Notes under the pieces: generated by a model
What the model was told of the DNA's origin: nothing
Databases searched by the model: none
What the model saw: the letters and a program-made list of their open reading frames with translations, nothing else
Translations under genes and position numbers: made by a program
Shown: one piece after another, positions 50,958 to 63,250 of the stretch
Layout: each line of letters opens with the position of its first letter
Numbering within the stretch: the stretch's first letter is position 1
Assembly (NCBI GenBank): GCA_030264375.1
Contig: JASCQW010000081.1
Coordinates: 35,818,353-35,882,352, forward strand
Reading direction: 5' to 3'
Source of the DNA: Carcharhinus longimanus
Taxonomy: Eukaryota
DNA: 64,000 nt

Positions 50958-52732
50958 ATTTCGTCAAGCAATAATGTCAAAAGAAAATGTAAGGCAAGGA
51001 AACAGGCTATGTTGCCCTTGATTCTCCATTGGAGTCTCCATCCATCATTCCTGTTGGGGACCAAATTAGAAACCAAAAGGGACTAGACCCCGACTATTTT
51101 TTTATTTTGGCATTAGTGCGAGGATAAGGTGTTTCACTACAGGTGTGGTTCTATTGACACATTAGGAAGCATTTATCAAAACAAATTTCATTTTTATAAT
51201 ATAGTTTAGCAATAACAAATGAATTAGTTTAACTTTTACGAATTGAAACACTTAGAAATGTCAAGATGCAATTCTAAACTGCTCATGTATCTCTATTAAT
51301 TCCAATTTAAGCAATATTCCTTATAGAACCTGTAGGGAAGAAGATAGGCAGGAGTATAGCCCAGGGCCCTCCAGCCAAGAGACCCTGGACGTCTCCAGCC
51401 CATTTGATTACACCCCCACCCCCCCCGTCATTCTGAGTGAGTGACATGCATCCAGCCCTGATGCTGAGGAGGGCAGCAGTCCAACATCTGTGCTGCCTTA
51501 AGGCAGACTGTGACCCTGAAGGACCGGCTCCTCAGGGGCAAAATGTTGAAATGATGTAATCCTTTAATGGTCACCTCAAGCAAAAGGGCATGGTTGCCTC
51601 AACTTCAGCTGTGGATCCTTGAGAGGGATCTAGATGTAGTGGGAGAGTGAGAAAGATTAAGAAGCCATAGGCACCTAATGGGCATGGATGAATATAGGCA
51701 CTACTGCAAATAGGTCACCATTTTGTTCTGAATGTTTGCCAATGTATTTCACTTAGTTCACTTGCAGAGCCTTCACTGTGTCTGTTCCCACCAAGCTTGG
51801 GGTAACCACCTGCTCACTCAGTGCCTCATCCTTGTGGAGTGCTATGTTCCACACACCCTCTTGCCAGCCCCACTAAGGAAGGACACTCCCTCAGCTGCAA
51901 TATGGACAGGAACCCAGGAAGGAGGACACAGGACACGCTGCCTGCATACCAGCCTTCACAACCCCTACCAAGCAAGAAGTGTCCAGACACGAAGGGTAGA
52001 TAAGACCTGCAAGTGACCTCTCCCGACCCCTTTCCCTGAAATGGCAACTCTGGGACCCCCATCTGTGAGTTGAACCTATCCATGTCCCCCGTGTCCTACA
52101 AGTTCTCTCCAGTGCCCCCTGACCAGTGCATACCTCAGAGGTGAAGGTACCAGGTTCATGCTTCCATCGATGTTATAAATGATGCCGGTAGGATGTCACA
52201 CTAGTGCCTACTGAATACTCAGCCTGGGGACGTCCCAAATAGGGTGCTCATTAATGAAAGGTTAATATATTAAAACGAGCATTCTGTGGTCCCATGATGT
52301 GTTTCAGGCCATTTCACCAGTGAAGGCCAGTAATATTAAAACATGGAAACTCACTGGCATGAATCCTGCTATCCAGATTTTGAGCTAATGTCACTATTCC
52401 CGCAGACAGAAAGTGCGGGCTCAAAATCATCCCCAATGTTTGAGAATGAAAACTTTGCAACTAGTGCCTAGGAAGTGGGCATTGGCTTGCATGATTTTTT
52501 ATCCCTTATCAGTGATCCATTATGCATTGATAAAATAGAACCTTTTGCAGTTCATTTGATTACATGGTGAGTGTTGGTACCTGCGTCTATGATCAAATGG
52601 GCATCTAACAACAGAATGTTGAGTCTTATCAAGCAATTAGCCCACTGTATCATGCTTCTTCACTGCTCAGTTAGAAAAGAGACAGCTGGTCACTAGCACT
52701 GCTGATCACTGCATTGGTTACCTATTTTGTAC

Positions 52733-52892
52733 CTTTGCGGACAACAACAAATTGCTGACACCATTGATCTCTTCTTCGATAGCTTGGAATGAGTGGAATA
52801 AAAATTGTGCAATGGCAATTCGAACTGTCACTCGGAACAAGCCCCATAATCCAGCCTGTCCATAAATGTTTTAGTGGCATCTGAAATTGTTT
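52733..52892 (-). CDS. Candidate exon (160 bp, phase 0-1): KQFQMPLKHLWTGWIMGLVPSDSSNCHCTIFIPLIPSYRRRDQWCQQFVVVRK
   Basis: Acceptor tttatctctgcatttgcacag, donor AAG|gtacaa, open frame in non-repetitive sequence. Confidence 0.4.
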
Positions 52893-53364
52893 CTGTGCAA
52901 ATGCAGAGATAAAGCCCAATAGTCATTGTGAATGAAGTAAACTCACCAGGGTGTTCACCTGATGTGGCTGGAAAAGTGGAAAACATTATTCTTACTGGTC
53001 ATTGTGCATCGTGATGGGTGTAGACAGGACAGGCAGGCATTAAAAATGACTGAGATGTATTAACCAAAGAACATATTTACTAACAAATTACACTGCCAAT
53101 GCAATGGTTGTATCTGGAAAAGTTATCTTATAACAACCATTTTCAATTTGTGCTATTGACACTGGATGGGTCTTCTACCTGAAATTCAAAAAGTAAAAGC
53201 TGAACATCAATGAACTTATATTTTAGTGCTGTATGCATGCACAATGAAGCTACAATACATTCTGTATGACAGTAGTTTATATTAGTTTTGAGATGGGCTG
53301 GAAGATTGAAGACTCAGTGCATTTCTGATGGAATAATTTTCCAGTTCTTGCTTGCTGGTCTTAC

Positions 53365-53440
53365 AGCGTTGGGAACATTATTCTTCACAGGATTCACGGA
53401 TTTCTTGCAGTGCCATGCATCCCACCAACAAGCTAATGTA
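53365..53440 (-). CDS. Candidate exon (76 bp, phase 2-0): TLACWWDAWHCKKSVNPVKNNVPNA
   Basis: Acceptor aacatgcctacag, donor gtaaga; the only open frame is phase-compatible with 52733-52892. Confidence 0.3.
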
Positions 53441-53824
53441 CTGTAGGCATGTTATTTATGGCACAAGAGCTGAACATTGTAGTTGCAACGAACACAAATA
53501 AATATGAGACAAATAGTTTGCTTGTAAAAAGTAGCTATTGATGCTCCCCTTATCAACTTAATGTTTACCATCTAAGTTACTGTTTGACTCTTCGGAAAGG
53601 GTAAGCATTCATTAATATTCCATAAAGTAACAGTCTGATGTAATTAAATGGCTGTTTGTCTGTTTCAGGGAGACTTTGAAGAAAGAAGGTTAATATTTAC
53701 AATAGTTGTAAAGAACAGATGGCAGATCAGGGAACCATTTTTCAAGGGTCTCTGATCTCAAGAAAGTACACCTCATCCCAGGGAATAAGGCATGCCTGGC
53801 TTTTCTTTGGTACTGGGAAGGTGA

Positions 53825-53914
53825 CCACTCACCTAATGAAAGAGCAGCACTCCGAAAGCTCATGATACCAAATAAACTGTTGGACTTTAATCTGGTGTTG
53901 TGAAACTTCTTACT
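53825..53914 (+). mobile_element. Penelope-derived family A fragment with mutated hammerhead core
   Basis: TCAC CTAATGA A AGAG CAGCA CTCC GAAA GCTC ATGA followed by aaataaactgttggactttaatctggtgttg. Confidence 0.65.
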
Positions 53915-54720
53915 CTTCATCCAATTTAACACCTTTCCCCAAGGACCACTCTTGTCTTTATCCATAAGTATCTGAAAACTTACAGAATTATGGTCACTAT
54001 TCCCAAAATGCTCCTCCACTGAAACTTTAAGCACCTGGCCGGGTGCATTCCCCAACACCAGGTCCAATATGGCCCCCTCTCTCGTTGGATTATCCACATA
54101 CTGTTTCAAAAACCCATCCTGAAGACACCTGACAAATTGCTTCCCATATGTGGCTAGCCCAGGACTCTATTTAAAATCATCCACCACATCACTTCACGTC
54201 TTTCCACAATCTGATTACATATCTGTTCCTCTATCTCCCACTAGCAGTTGGGAAGTCTGAGGTACAATCCCATTGAGTGCATTGTGGAAGAGTGCATTGT
54301 GATTGCACTCTTCCTGTTCCTGAGCTCTACCCATAATGCCTCATTGCAAGATCCATCGAAGGTGTCTCCCTGTGATATGCTCCCCAACCAGTAAAGCAAT
54401 TCCCCAACTTCTTTTGCTTCCTCCTCTGTCTCACCTAAAACATCGATATTCTAGAACATTAGCTGCCAATCCCGTCCCACATTCAACTATGTCTTTGTGA
54501 CAGCAATGACATCATAATTCCAAGCATTAATCCAGGCTCTAAGTTCATTTGTCTTACCTTCTTGCATTGAAGCAAGTATAGTCCAAGCCTCCAGTTCTGC
54601 TGAGCTCAGCAACCTCTCCCTGACTGCTCTTTCTCTTAAGCTATACTTACTTCAATCTCAAGCTCTTCCTCTCTGTACTTACTGACCTTCTGCTCTGGTT
54701 CCCAACCTCTGCCTACCTCT
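53915..54720 (-). mobile_element. CR1 endonuclease fragment
   Basis: QYVDNPTREGAILDLVLGN..EHFGNSDHNSVSF. Confidence 0.85.
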
Positions 54721-55070
54721 AAAGTTTCTTTCTCAAGGAACAACAATGAGTGAGGGCAGTTCATCAGCACTGACACTAATTTAAGCTTCTCATAGTAGTG
54801 TCCCAAATTAAGGCATGCACATTTGGATGAGATCCCTAGACTGCAGCACTGTTAACATTATAAACTGATGATGGAAGTGTCAAGGCTTGACATCACTGTT
54901 GTTCTCAGTGGACTTTAAATTCAGAGTGATTGCATTAGTGGGGCACCACTGACCAAAGCTGAGATCATGACCTAGCAAGCTATGGGGCCAGAACAGGCAA
55001 ATGTGAATGCAGGGCTTGTTCTCTCAGAGGTTGTTTGCTTATCCCCTGAGATAAGGTATGGGTTTGAGGG

Positions 55071-56510
55071 CTAGGTGAAATATGACCATATGACCTCATT
55101 GACTTTATTCTCCCAGGAATCTGTCAGCAATTGAAGTGTCATGGGTACATCTTCCTCATTCCACTGCATCAACATGCTTATAATGCCTCCCAGCAGCCTG
55201 CTGAGTTTGCAGGATCTCCGCATCTTCATCTTCGAATGTGTTCTCACCCTCTGCAGTTCACCTACTGGTATGGGCTCACTTCTTTGCATAGCCAGATTGT
55301 GAGGGGCACAAAGCACTGTGATTATGCAGAAAACCCCCTCTGGAGTGGATTGCAGTAAGTAACCTGAGTGGTTCAAGTATCTGAAGTGCACCTTCAGAAG
55401 CCCTGTGGTCTGTTCTATAATGGAGCTTGTGGAGCTATGAGCAGCATTGTAACTCTCCTTGGCATGATTGTGAGAATGACATATTGGAGTCATCAGCCAA
55501 TGTTTCAGTGCTATCCCTTATACCCAAGCAGCTGGCCCTCAAAAATCCCAGGCACTTGTGAGTGACTCAGGATGTAGGAATCATGGCAACTCACAGAGTA
55601 CTGTGCACTCACATGTAGTCTGTGCTTCTGATGGTCACACACCAGCTGCACATTGATGAAATGGTAGCCTCTGAAGTTTGAAAACACTGGGGGCTGCTGC
55701 CATGAAGTTTGTAAAGCCACACAAGTTCAGTCTATTACCCCCTGCATTCTCGGGGAGCTTGAGATGGATATGAAGCCCGTGAATCTTTGAGCCTGGCAAT
55801 GTTCATCCAGAACAAAGCTGACCCAATGACAGGTCTTTCTGTAAAGGGCATTCTGTGACCTCCATTATGAGAGATGCTACGGACACTCCATGTTGATCCC
55901 AGAGGAAAAGAAATCAACTGCTGCCGTCATCTTCAAAGGCTGGGCGAATGGGCCAGGAACTGGCAAATGGAATTTAATGTTGGCAAGTGTGAAGTTGTCC
56001 ACTTTGGTAGGAANNNNNNNNNNNNNNNNNNNNNNNNNNNNNNNNNNNNNNNNNNNNNNNNNNNNNNNNNNNNNNNNNNNNNNNNNNNNNNNNNNNNNNN
56101 NNNNNNNNNNNNNTCAGCCATGATCTTATTGAATGGCGGGGTAGGCTCGAAGGGCTAGATGGCCTACTCCTGCTCCTATTTCTTATGTTCAAAGCCACTG
56201 GCAAAGAGAAGTATCTAACACAACATAGTGGCAGATCTTCAAGAAGAACATGGCATATGTGATATATGAGGTTTCATCACAAGCACTGCATCACTCATGT
56301 ATAAGGATATCTGATAATAAACCCTTGGTCTGATGAGTATTGTTCTCTCTCTTGGTCTCTCCTCCTCAGCCTCCTGTTTATGCTCTGGCTCCCCTTGATC
56401 ATGTCCCCTGAGGTGCCTCCTTTTGGAGCTGCACTCAGTGAAATCTCACCCTTTCTCTCCTCCTCCATTGAATGAAGACCAGGAGAAATGCAGCAGTGAG
56501 CACTGAATCC
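55071..56510 (-). mobile_element. Decayed Harbinger transposase with CR1 insert (~55935-56190)
   Basis: GYHFINVQLVCDHQK..SCHDSYILSHSQVP; SIIEQTTGLLKVHFRYL..HNLAMQR; ttcaaag flanks the CR1 insert. Confidence 0.85.
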
Positions 56511-56979
56511 ATTAGTCTTTGTGCCTTCTCTCTGACATGAAATGTTGAGGACAACATTGATTAAACTGTGCAGAAATGATGTTAAAACTCATGGGAAATA
56601 TTGCACTGCACAACTTTGTCTGCCTTATGTGCACTGCCTTGCTTAAGATTCCAGCACACACATTGAGGTGATCAAGATGCCATTCCAAAGATGTAACTTT
56701 TAGAGCCCTCTCTGATGTGATACGGTGTGAATGCAATGATTAAAGAAAGGTTTTATGTTCCATTCTGTGAAGTGGCATACTATGACCTTCTACTTACTCA
56801 TGGTCAATCAGATCAAAACATTTGGCCAGTGATGAATGGTGTTTATTATAAGTCCATGGCTGCTATTCATTGATAGGATGTCAGATATGATGCAGATGTG
56901 CCCCTTCAATATAGCCTACACTCCTATGTATGCTCTGTCAATGTTGTGATTCTGACGTGAAACTAATGAGTTATGTCTA

Positions 56980-57660
56980 TGCCTTTAGTAGCATTAAAGG
57001 AAAGGATTCACTTTCAATTGCTTCCTGATGTCTCTGCTTAGGAAATGACCTGGATCTTCTCCACAGTAGTGCATCCCAAGAGGGGGCCCTATTTCCCAGC
57101 AGAGTGGTTCTCCTCAACTGCCTGATACCCCTCCAAGATAGAACTGATGTTACTTTTGTTTTTGCTTGGTGCATTTGCTCTGGGAATTCAAAATGCTACT
57201 ACACCTTTACTTCAGGTCCAAGATTGACATGCGCTCCCTTACTTACTGTTCATGTGTCTTTGATTTATCTCGAGTCTCATGATGTGAAGATATCTCCTGT
57301 TATTTCCCAGCCTCCCCCAATAATACTGGATCTCACTATTATTGTGGTGGACCATATGACCATCCAACCCCTGAGCTCATCACTTGAGAAGTGCCAAGCC
57401 CCATGAGGATTTCTATCCATTTCATCTAGTGTGCATTATTGTCTATAAAGGTAACCCCCAAGCACTCCACCATGGGAGCTTCAGATATACCCTTCCCCTA
57501 CCTGTATTATGCCTTCCCTATCTGTTGGTTGCACATGCACCTAGTCACTACTACCATTCCTTCTGTAACCGAATATAGTGGCAGTTGGCCCAGGGACATC
57601 AGCTGTAAGACAGCTCTGAACACCAGGCTGTGTTTTTGTCATGCGGAGCAATAGCCTTTG
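56980..57660 (+). mobile_element. Probable Harbinger Myb/SANT gene remnant
   Basis: GNDLDLL..EGALFP and a later exon-2-like stretch; very degenerate. Confidence 0.35.
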
Positions 57661-57679
57661 CTCCTCCCTGAAGATGGAA

Positions 57680-59130
57680 TACAATAGAAATTGGAGAGAT
57701 TAGGAAATCCTTTTCACCCAGAGAGTGGTCAGCCTGCAGAATTTGTAATCACAGAAAGGCCAAAACATGGTATGTTTTCTAAAAGCAGTTAGGTATAGCA
57801 CTTGAGGCAAAGGGGATCAAAGGATATGGAGGGAAGGTGGGATCAGGTCATTGAGTTGGATGATCAGCCACGATCAAAATGAATACTCCATACCAACCTT
57901 ATCTGTGAGGGCAGCATTGTACTGTGGGACTCACGCAGCCTCCACTTGCAGGCATTGACCAATACTGTGCCCAGGATTGGGGAGTACAGGGGCCATTTGC
58001 TCCCTGTGCTTAACACTGTAGTCCATAAGGACAGCACTGTGTTGCAGGACTCACGCAACCTCCATTTTGATCCACCTGAAATTCAATTGGGGTTGGTCTG
58101 GCGATGACAAGAGGGTCAAAGGGGAAGGAAGGCTGTGCAAGGGCAGTGGGGGAGGTAGAAAACACGTGAGCGAAATGAGGAAGACTGCAAGGAGGGCATA
58201 GGCAAGGAAGTGGAGAAGGATGAGGAGTAATGACTGGCAGAAGGAAGAATGAGGAGTGGGAAGCTGGAGCCTTACCAGACACTGACAAACAAGGGGGTCA
58301 AAGGGATATCATTAACTAGGATACATGCAGACCTTGGAATTGGGGTGGAGGGAATTATTAATGTGGCACATTAACAATTAACACATTAGGGATGGTTCAC
58401 ACAAAGAGTCAGAGGTTGGGATTGTATGGGTTTGGAGGGTCACTCTTGTCCTCTTGCAATTGAAAGTTATATGAAGATTTCCATGTTTGTTCGGGGGCTT
58501 GCGGACAGGAATCACAGATGACAGGTAGGCCAGGGGCTACATAAATCTCAGGGTCAGAAATCAGAGATAGGAGACAGTGCCAGCATGCAGAAAAAGTAAT
58601 CATCAAGTCATAGAGGTTTACAGCATTGGAACAGGCCCTTCGGCCGAAAACGTCCACGCCAACTAATTTTTTTACANNNNNNNNNNNNNNNNNNNNNNNN
58701 NNNNNNNNNNNNNNNNNNNNNNNNNNNNNNNNNNNNNNNNNNNNNNNNNNNNNNNNNNNNNNNNNNNNNNNNNNNNCGCTAATCCCAATTGCCCGCGTTT
58801 GGCCCATATCCTTCTATACCAATCTTATCCATGAGACAAAATTGTACCTGCCTCTACTACTACCTTTGGCAGCTCATTCCAGACACCACCCTCTGTGTGA
58901 AAAAATCATCCCTCTGGGCCCTTTTGTATCTCTCCCCTCTCACCTTAAACCTATGCCTTCTAGTTTTAGACTTCCCTACCTTTGGGAAAAGATCCTTGGG
59001 ACTATGTTAAAAACATAGAAAAATAGAAGAAGGAGGAAGCCTTTGAGCCTGCTCACCATCCATTCCAACTGAATGGCGGAGCAGGCTTAAGTGGCTATAC
59101 AACCTACTTCAATTCCTATTTCTTATGGTC
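57680..59130. mobile_element. CR1 3' tails and degenerate repeats
   Basis: RKSFSPREWSAC-like tail (+, 57680-57880) and acaggcccttcggcc-type tails (-, 58600-59130). Confidence 0.55.
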
Positions 59131-60659
59131 TGAATGTGAAGTAATGCGCACGTATTACAGAATATGAGGGGGCCAGTTGTATTGTTAGTGTGGCACAAGA
59201 GGATGGGTTGCACAGAAACTTATGGAGAGGGTGGGGAGTGAAATGTCATCAGTAAAGAAGGAATGAGAGTGCTCACTAAAAGATAGTCATAGTCCCTGGT
59301 CTGGGACCAAAAGGACTGAGTGAGAGATTAAATGCAGTGTATTAGTGAATTGGTGAGATGAGTTTAAAAGCACTACTGGAACTTTGTGGGCCATGCTACA
59401 GGCTCATGTATAGCACGTCGTAGTTCTGCTCCAGGAAGGGACAAAGCTTGTGTGTTCAATTGGGAAAAGATGTAAGTTGCGGTGCAAGGTGTGGTCATGG
59501 TATTATAGTCACCAGCATCAGTCTTATCTGGCTTGGAACTGGGCTTCAGACAGAATGGTCAGGATTAGGAGAGTGTTTGAGGCCTGTAAAAGAGGAATCT
59601 GATGGAGGGTATTCAAAACGCACCTGGGAAAGGAGGGGTTTCCTCAGCATAGGATCATGCACATAGGTTCGAGATGGGAAGGGATGAAGCCCATATTGGG
59701 CATGGGGACATCTACACTGTTAGGTTTAGGTGGCAGGATTGGAATTTCAGAACAATGATGGGATCCAGGATTACTGGAGGAGGATGCAGGATAACAAGAG
59801 GGAGCTCTATCAGCACACCTAGGGATTCTGGATAACAGGAGAAAGTTCTACCTGCACAGAGGGATCCTGGGAAGAGTGGAGGGACCCAAACACTCACAGC
59901 GGGAAGGGCAAAGCTGGTCTCAAAATAAAATTGTACTTCTGCCATCTTGTAATCATAAGTTAAGGCGCAGTTAGAAATCAAAACTGGAAATGAATCTGAA
60001 TGGGAGGGATCTGATTCAGTGTGGGAAGAGATGGGGGCTGCACTCAGAGACCTATTCAGCGAGTACCCTCAAATTGCTCAGACTCGAAACATTGAAATGG
60101 AGTCAGCTGAGAGAAAAGAGGAAGATTTCTTTGAGAAGCTGCAAAATTGAAGCCTTGTGTTATGCTTTAACAAGAAACTTGAGGCAGGGTTTTCCAGCTG
60201 CTTTCGCCCAAAAACGGAAATTCCCACATTTACATGGTCTTCCCACTCACTACGATTCCCATGGTGGGTGGTAGCTACACAATATAATCACTTTGTTTGA
60301 GGTTTTACAAAGAGGTGTATGCAAAAAAAATGCAGGAAACGAAAGGAAACACAGCCGCTGCATATCTGCCAGATCATAAATGAAAGCCTATAATGTGCTT
60401 TCTCCAACTGGCATGGATGATAGGTCAAAAGGCATCCATTCATTGCTGAAAAATATGTTGTTCTTGATCAGCATTCAAGGTCATAGATTTGAGGAGTGCC
60501 TTTGGTAAGATGCCACATTTCATAAATGTATCCAAATCTTTCCCATGCTCNNNNNNNNNNNNNNNNNNNNNNNNNNNNNNNNNNNNNNNNNNNNNNNNNN
60601 NNNNNNNTGTGTGCCACAACTGCAGAGCTTTCACAGCGAAAATTGAGAAGCGAAGGTCC

Positions 60660-63250
60660 AGCTCTACAGTACGATGTTGGCTTTTCATTTAGGAATCCTG
60701 TTATATTTGCCCAGTGTTCAAATACCTTCCAAGGAAAACGAGAATTGAAAACTGAAGCCTATGCTAAATGCTGCCTTCTTGGTACCTGTGATCCGATTGA
60801 GGAGAAGGCCTGGCACTGCCAAGCCCAGCTTCGAGGAGACCCGACCTCGAATTTATGGTCCAGGCAAGCCCCAGCGACATCCAGAGGCTGAGCAGGTAAG
60901 ACCTAACCAACGGAGGCAAATCACACCACCAAGGTATACCCAAGAGGTCACTGCTACCAGGACACACATGACAAACAATGCCTGCGCTTGTTATGAAGGG
61001 TGGTGGACCATGGACTGGGAGAGCATCCCTGCCAGTGATCTTGAAGGTCACTGTAGTCCCTAATGTTTTTGCCTGCAGATTGTTCCAGGGACCCACTGTG
61101 GACTGTGTGGCATCTCACGTAAATGTATCAAAAAGGTGACAAACACTCTCTACAGTAAGGCTCATTATTGTGTGAACTTCACTCGATTCAGCTGGCCAGA
61201 CTGCTAGTTTTCTGGATTTTGCAGTCATCTCAGACTTCATTAGAATACAGAGTGCAATCAATTGCACATATGTGGCTTTGAGAACTTCATGGCACCGGCC
61301 CTTGATATTTATGAACAGGAAAGTGTTCCACTCCATCAACATTCAACTGGTATGTGATCATCAAAAACACATCAAGTCCATTTGTGCCAGGTAAGCTGGA
61401 AATTGCCATGATTCAGACATGACCCACTGGGAGGCCCCGAATGCCCCCCCTTCATTCAAGCAGGGTCTCCAGCTTGTTCCCTGAACGTGGGGAGCTAGTC
61501 TGAACCCTGCCGGAACGAAGTGCTCCTTGTGGGGTGGGAGATTCAATCAGGACTTGGAAGGTCCCAATAATGAGCAAATAAACATATTTAAAATACTACC
61601 TGTCTTCCCATCATACCCGGTGGCTGATTGGGGAGGGATGCAGTGGGATCATGGTTGACCGTGGAATCTGACCATTTTCTCAGCTCAGCTTCTCACCTGA
61701 ATCTGCGCACTCTATGCACTGCAGAAATCCCAGTCGTAAATCTCATTAAAAACCCAGGGGGCAGGGCCTATTCATGCTGGAATTTGACAACTCTGGAACT
61801 CTGCACATGCGCAGTGGTCTCGATCTGTCAGACTCCCCATTTGCTGGCCAGCTCAGTGACTGGCCAGCCCGGAAGCCCTGCAGTGCTGCCCCTCCAGCTG
61901 CGCCCCCCCCGCAGCCTGATCGTGGCCCCCACAGCAATTCCCAGGACAGCCCTGACCTTCCACCCCCACCCCCACCCCCAGGGCCCCAGAGTGCCCCAAT
62001 GTGCAGCCCACAACCCCCCCAGCAGTGGTGATCCCTCCCACCACCTTCCCCCAGCAGACCAGCCCCTCCCAATTGTCACCCTCCCTCCATTCCAGACTGA
62101 TCCTGTCTGCAGAGTGGCACTGGACCCCCCACCCCCACCGATTGTCCCTTGGTCCCAGCCTCCAATAGGCCCCGTCCCTTGGCACTGCCCAATGCCTGGT
62201 GGACATGGGTAGTTTGCCTTTTGGGCAGTGCCAAGGAACTGCTGTATTCAGGGCACCACCTCCGCCGCCTGACCCACTGGGAGGCCCCGAATGCCCCCCC
62301 TTCATTCCAGCGGGGTCTCCAGCTTGTTCCCTGAATGTGGGGAGCTAGTCTGAACCCTGCCGGAACGAAGTACTCCTTGTGGGGTGGGAGATTCAATCAG
62401 GACTTGGAAGGTCCCAATAATGAGCTAATAAACATATTTAAAATACATTCAAAAAAGATTTAAAATACTACCTGTCTTCCCATCAGTTTCCAGTGTAGTC
62501 TAACCAGTGACTGTTCGCTAGCTGTGCGAGAAACGCATGCATTCCCAACACATGCGCAAATCCCTGTTCAAGGTCGGAGATGTGCATCTCCCATTCCGAC
62601 CCGATAGAAAAGTTGCGGGTCATGATGGGAGAATCGCGGCCCAGGTTTCAGGATTCTTTCATGTATTAAGTGCATAAGATACCAGATTTGGACTCACAAA
62701 AAAATGAATCTGAAACTCCAATTTTCAAGCTTGTTCTGGACTTAGAATGTTTTTCAGAAGATCACCCCCCCGAGTCAGTCCCAAGCAAATACATGGATCG
62801 CAGCTTAGGGATAAGGGCTATCTGCTCAACGATGGCTCACGACACCAGTGTGTCAACTTGATTGACTTGCAGGAAAGATACAATGAGGCAAATAAAGCCA
62901 CGTAATCCATCATCAAACAGACTTTTAGCATCCTGAAGAAGCATTTCCGTTGTATAGTGAACTCTGCAGTACACTTCACAGAGGTGGACCCAGGTCATTT
63001 TGGTCTGTTGTGCTGTCAGGAACGGGGGGTGGGGGCTTTGGGGGGGGAGGGGGAGNNNNNNNNNNNNNNNNNNNNNNNNNNNNNNNNNNNNNNNNNNNNN
63101 NNNNNNNNNNNNNNNNNNNNNNNNNNNNNNNNNNNNNNNNNNNNNNNNNNNNNTTCCATGTGAAGATGCCAGTGAAGAAACACAATGTGGAAGATATGCT
63201 TGTGCCACATTGACAGCCACACAATTCCAGTATAATTAATATACAGACAA
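60660..63250 (+). mobile_element. Decayed Harbinger transposase interrupted by a nested non-autonomous Harbinger
   Basis: KCIKKVTNTLY, FMNRKVFHSINIQLVCDHQKHIKSICAR*AGNCHDS, resuming after ~62645 with LRDKGYLL..YNEANKA. Confidence 0.8.
61420..62643. mobile_element. Non-autonomous Harbinger with internal ~190-bp direct duplication
   Basis: Right end GGGAGAATCGCGGCCC; 61420-61612 nearly identical to 62270-62484. Confidence 0.75.

Noticed and set aside
61628-62396. GC-rich Pro/Gly-rich ORFs on both strands (also 19948-20878)
   Set aside because: By-product of the GC-rich MITE interior; no domain motifs
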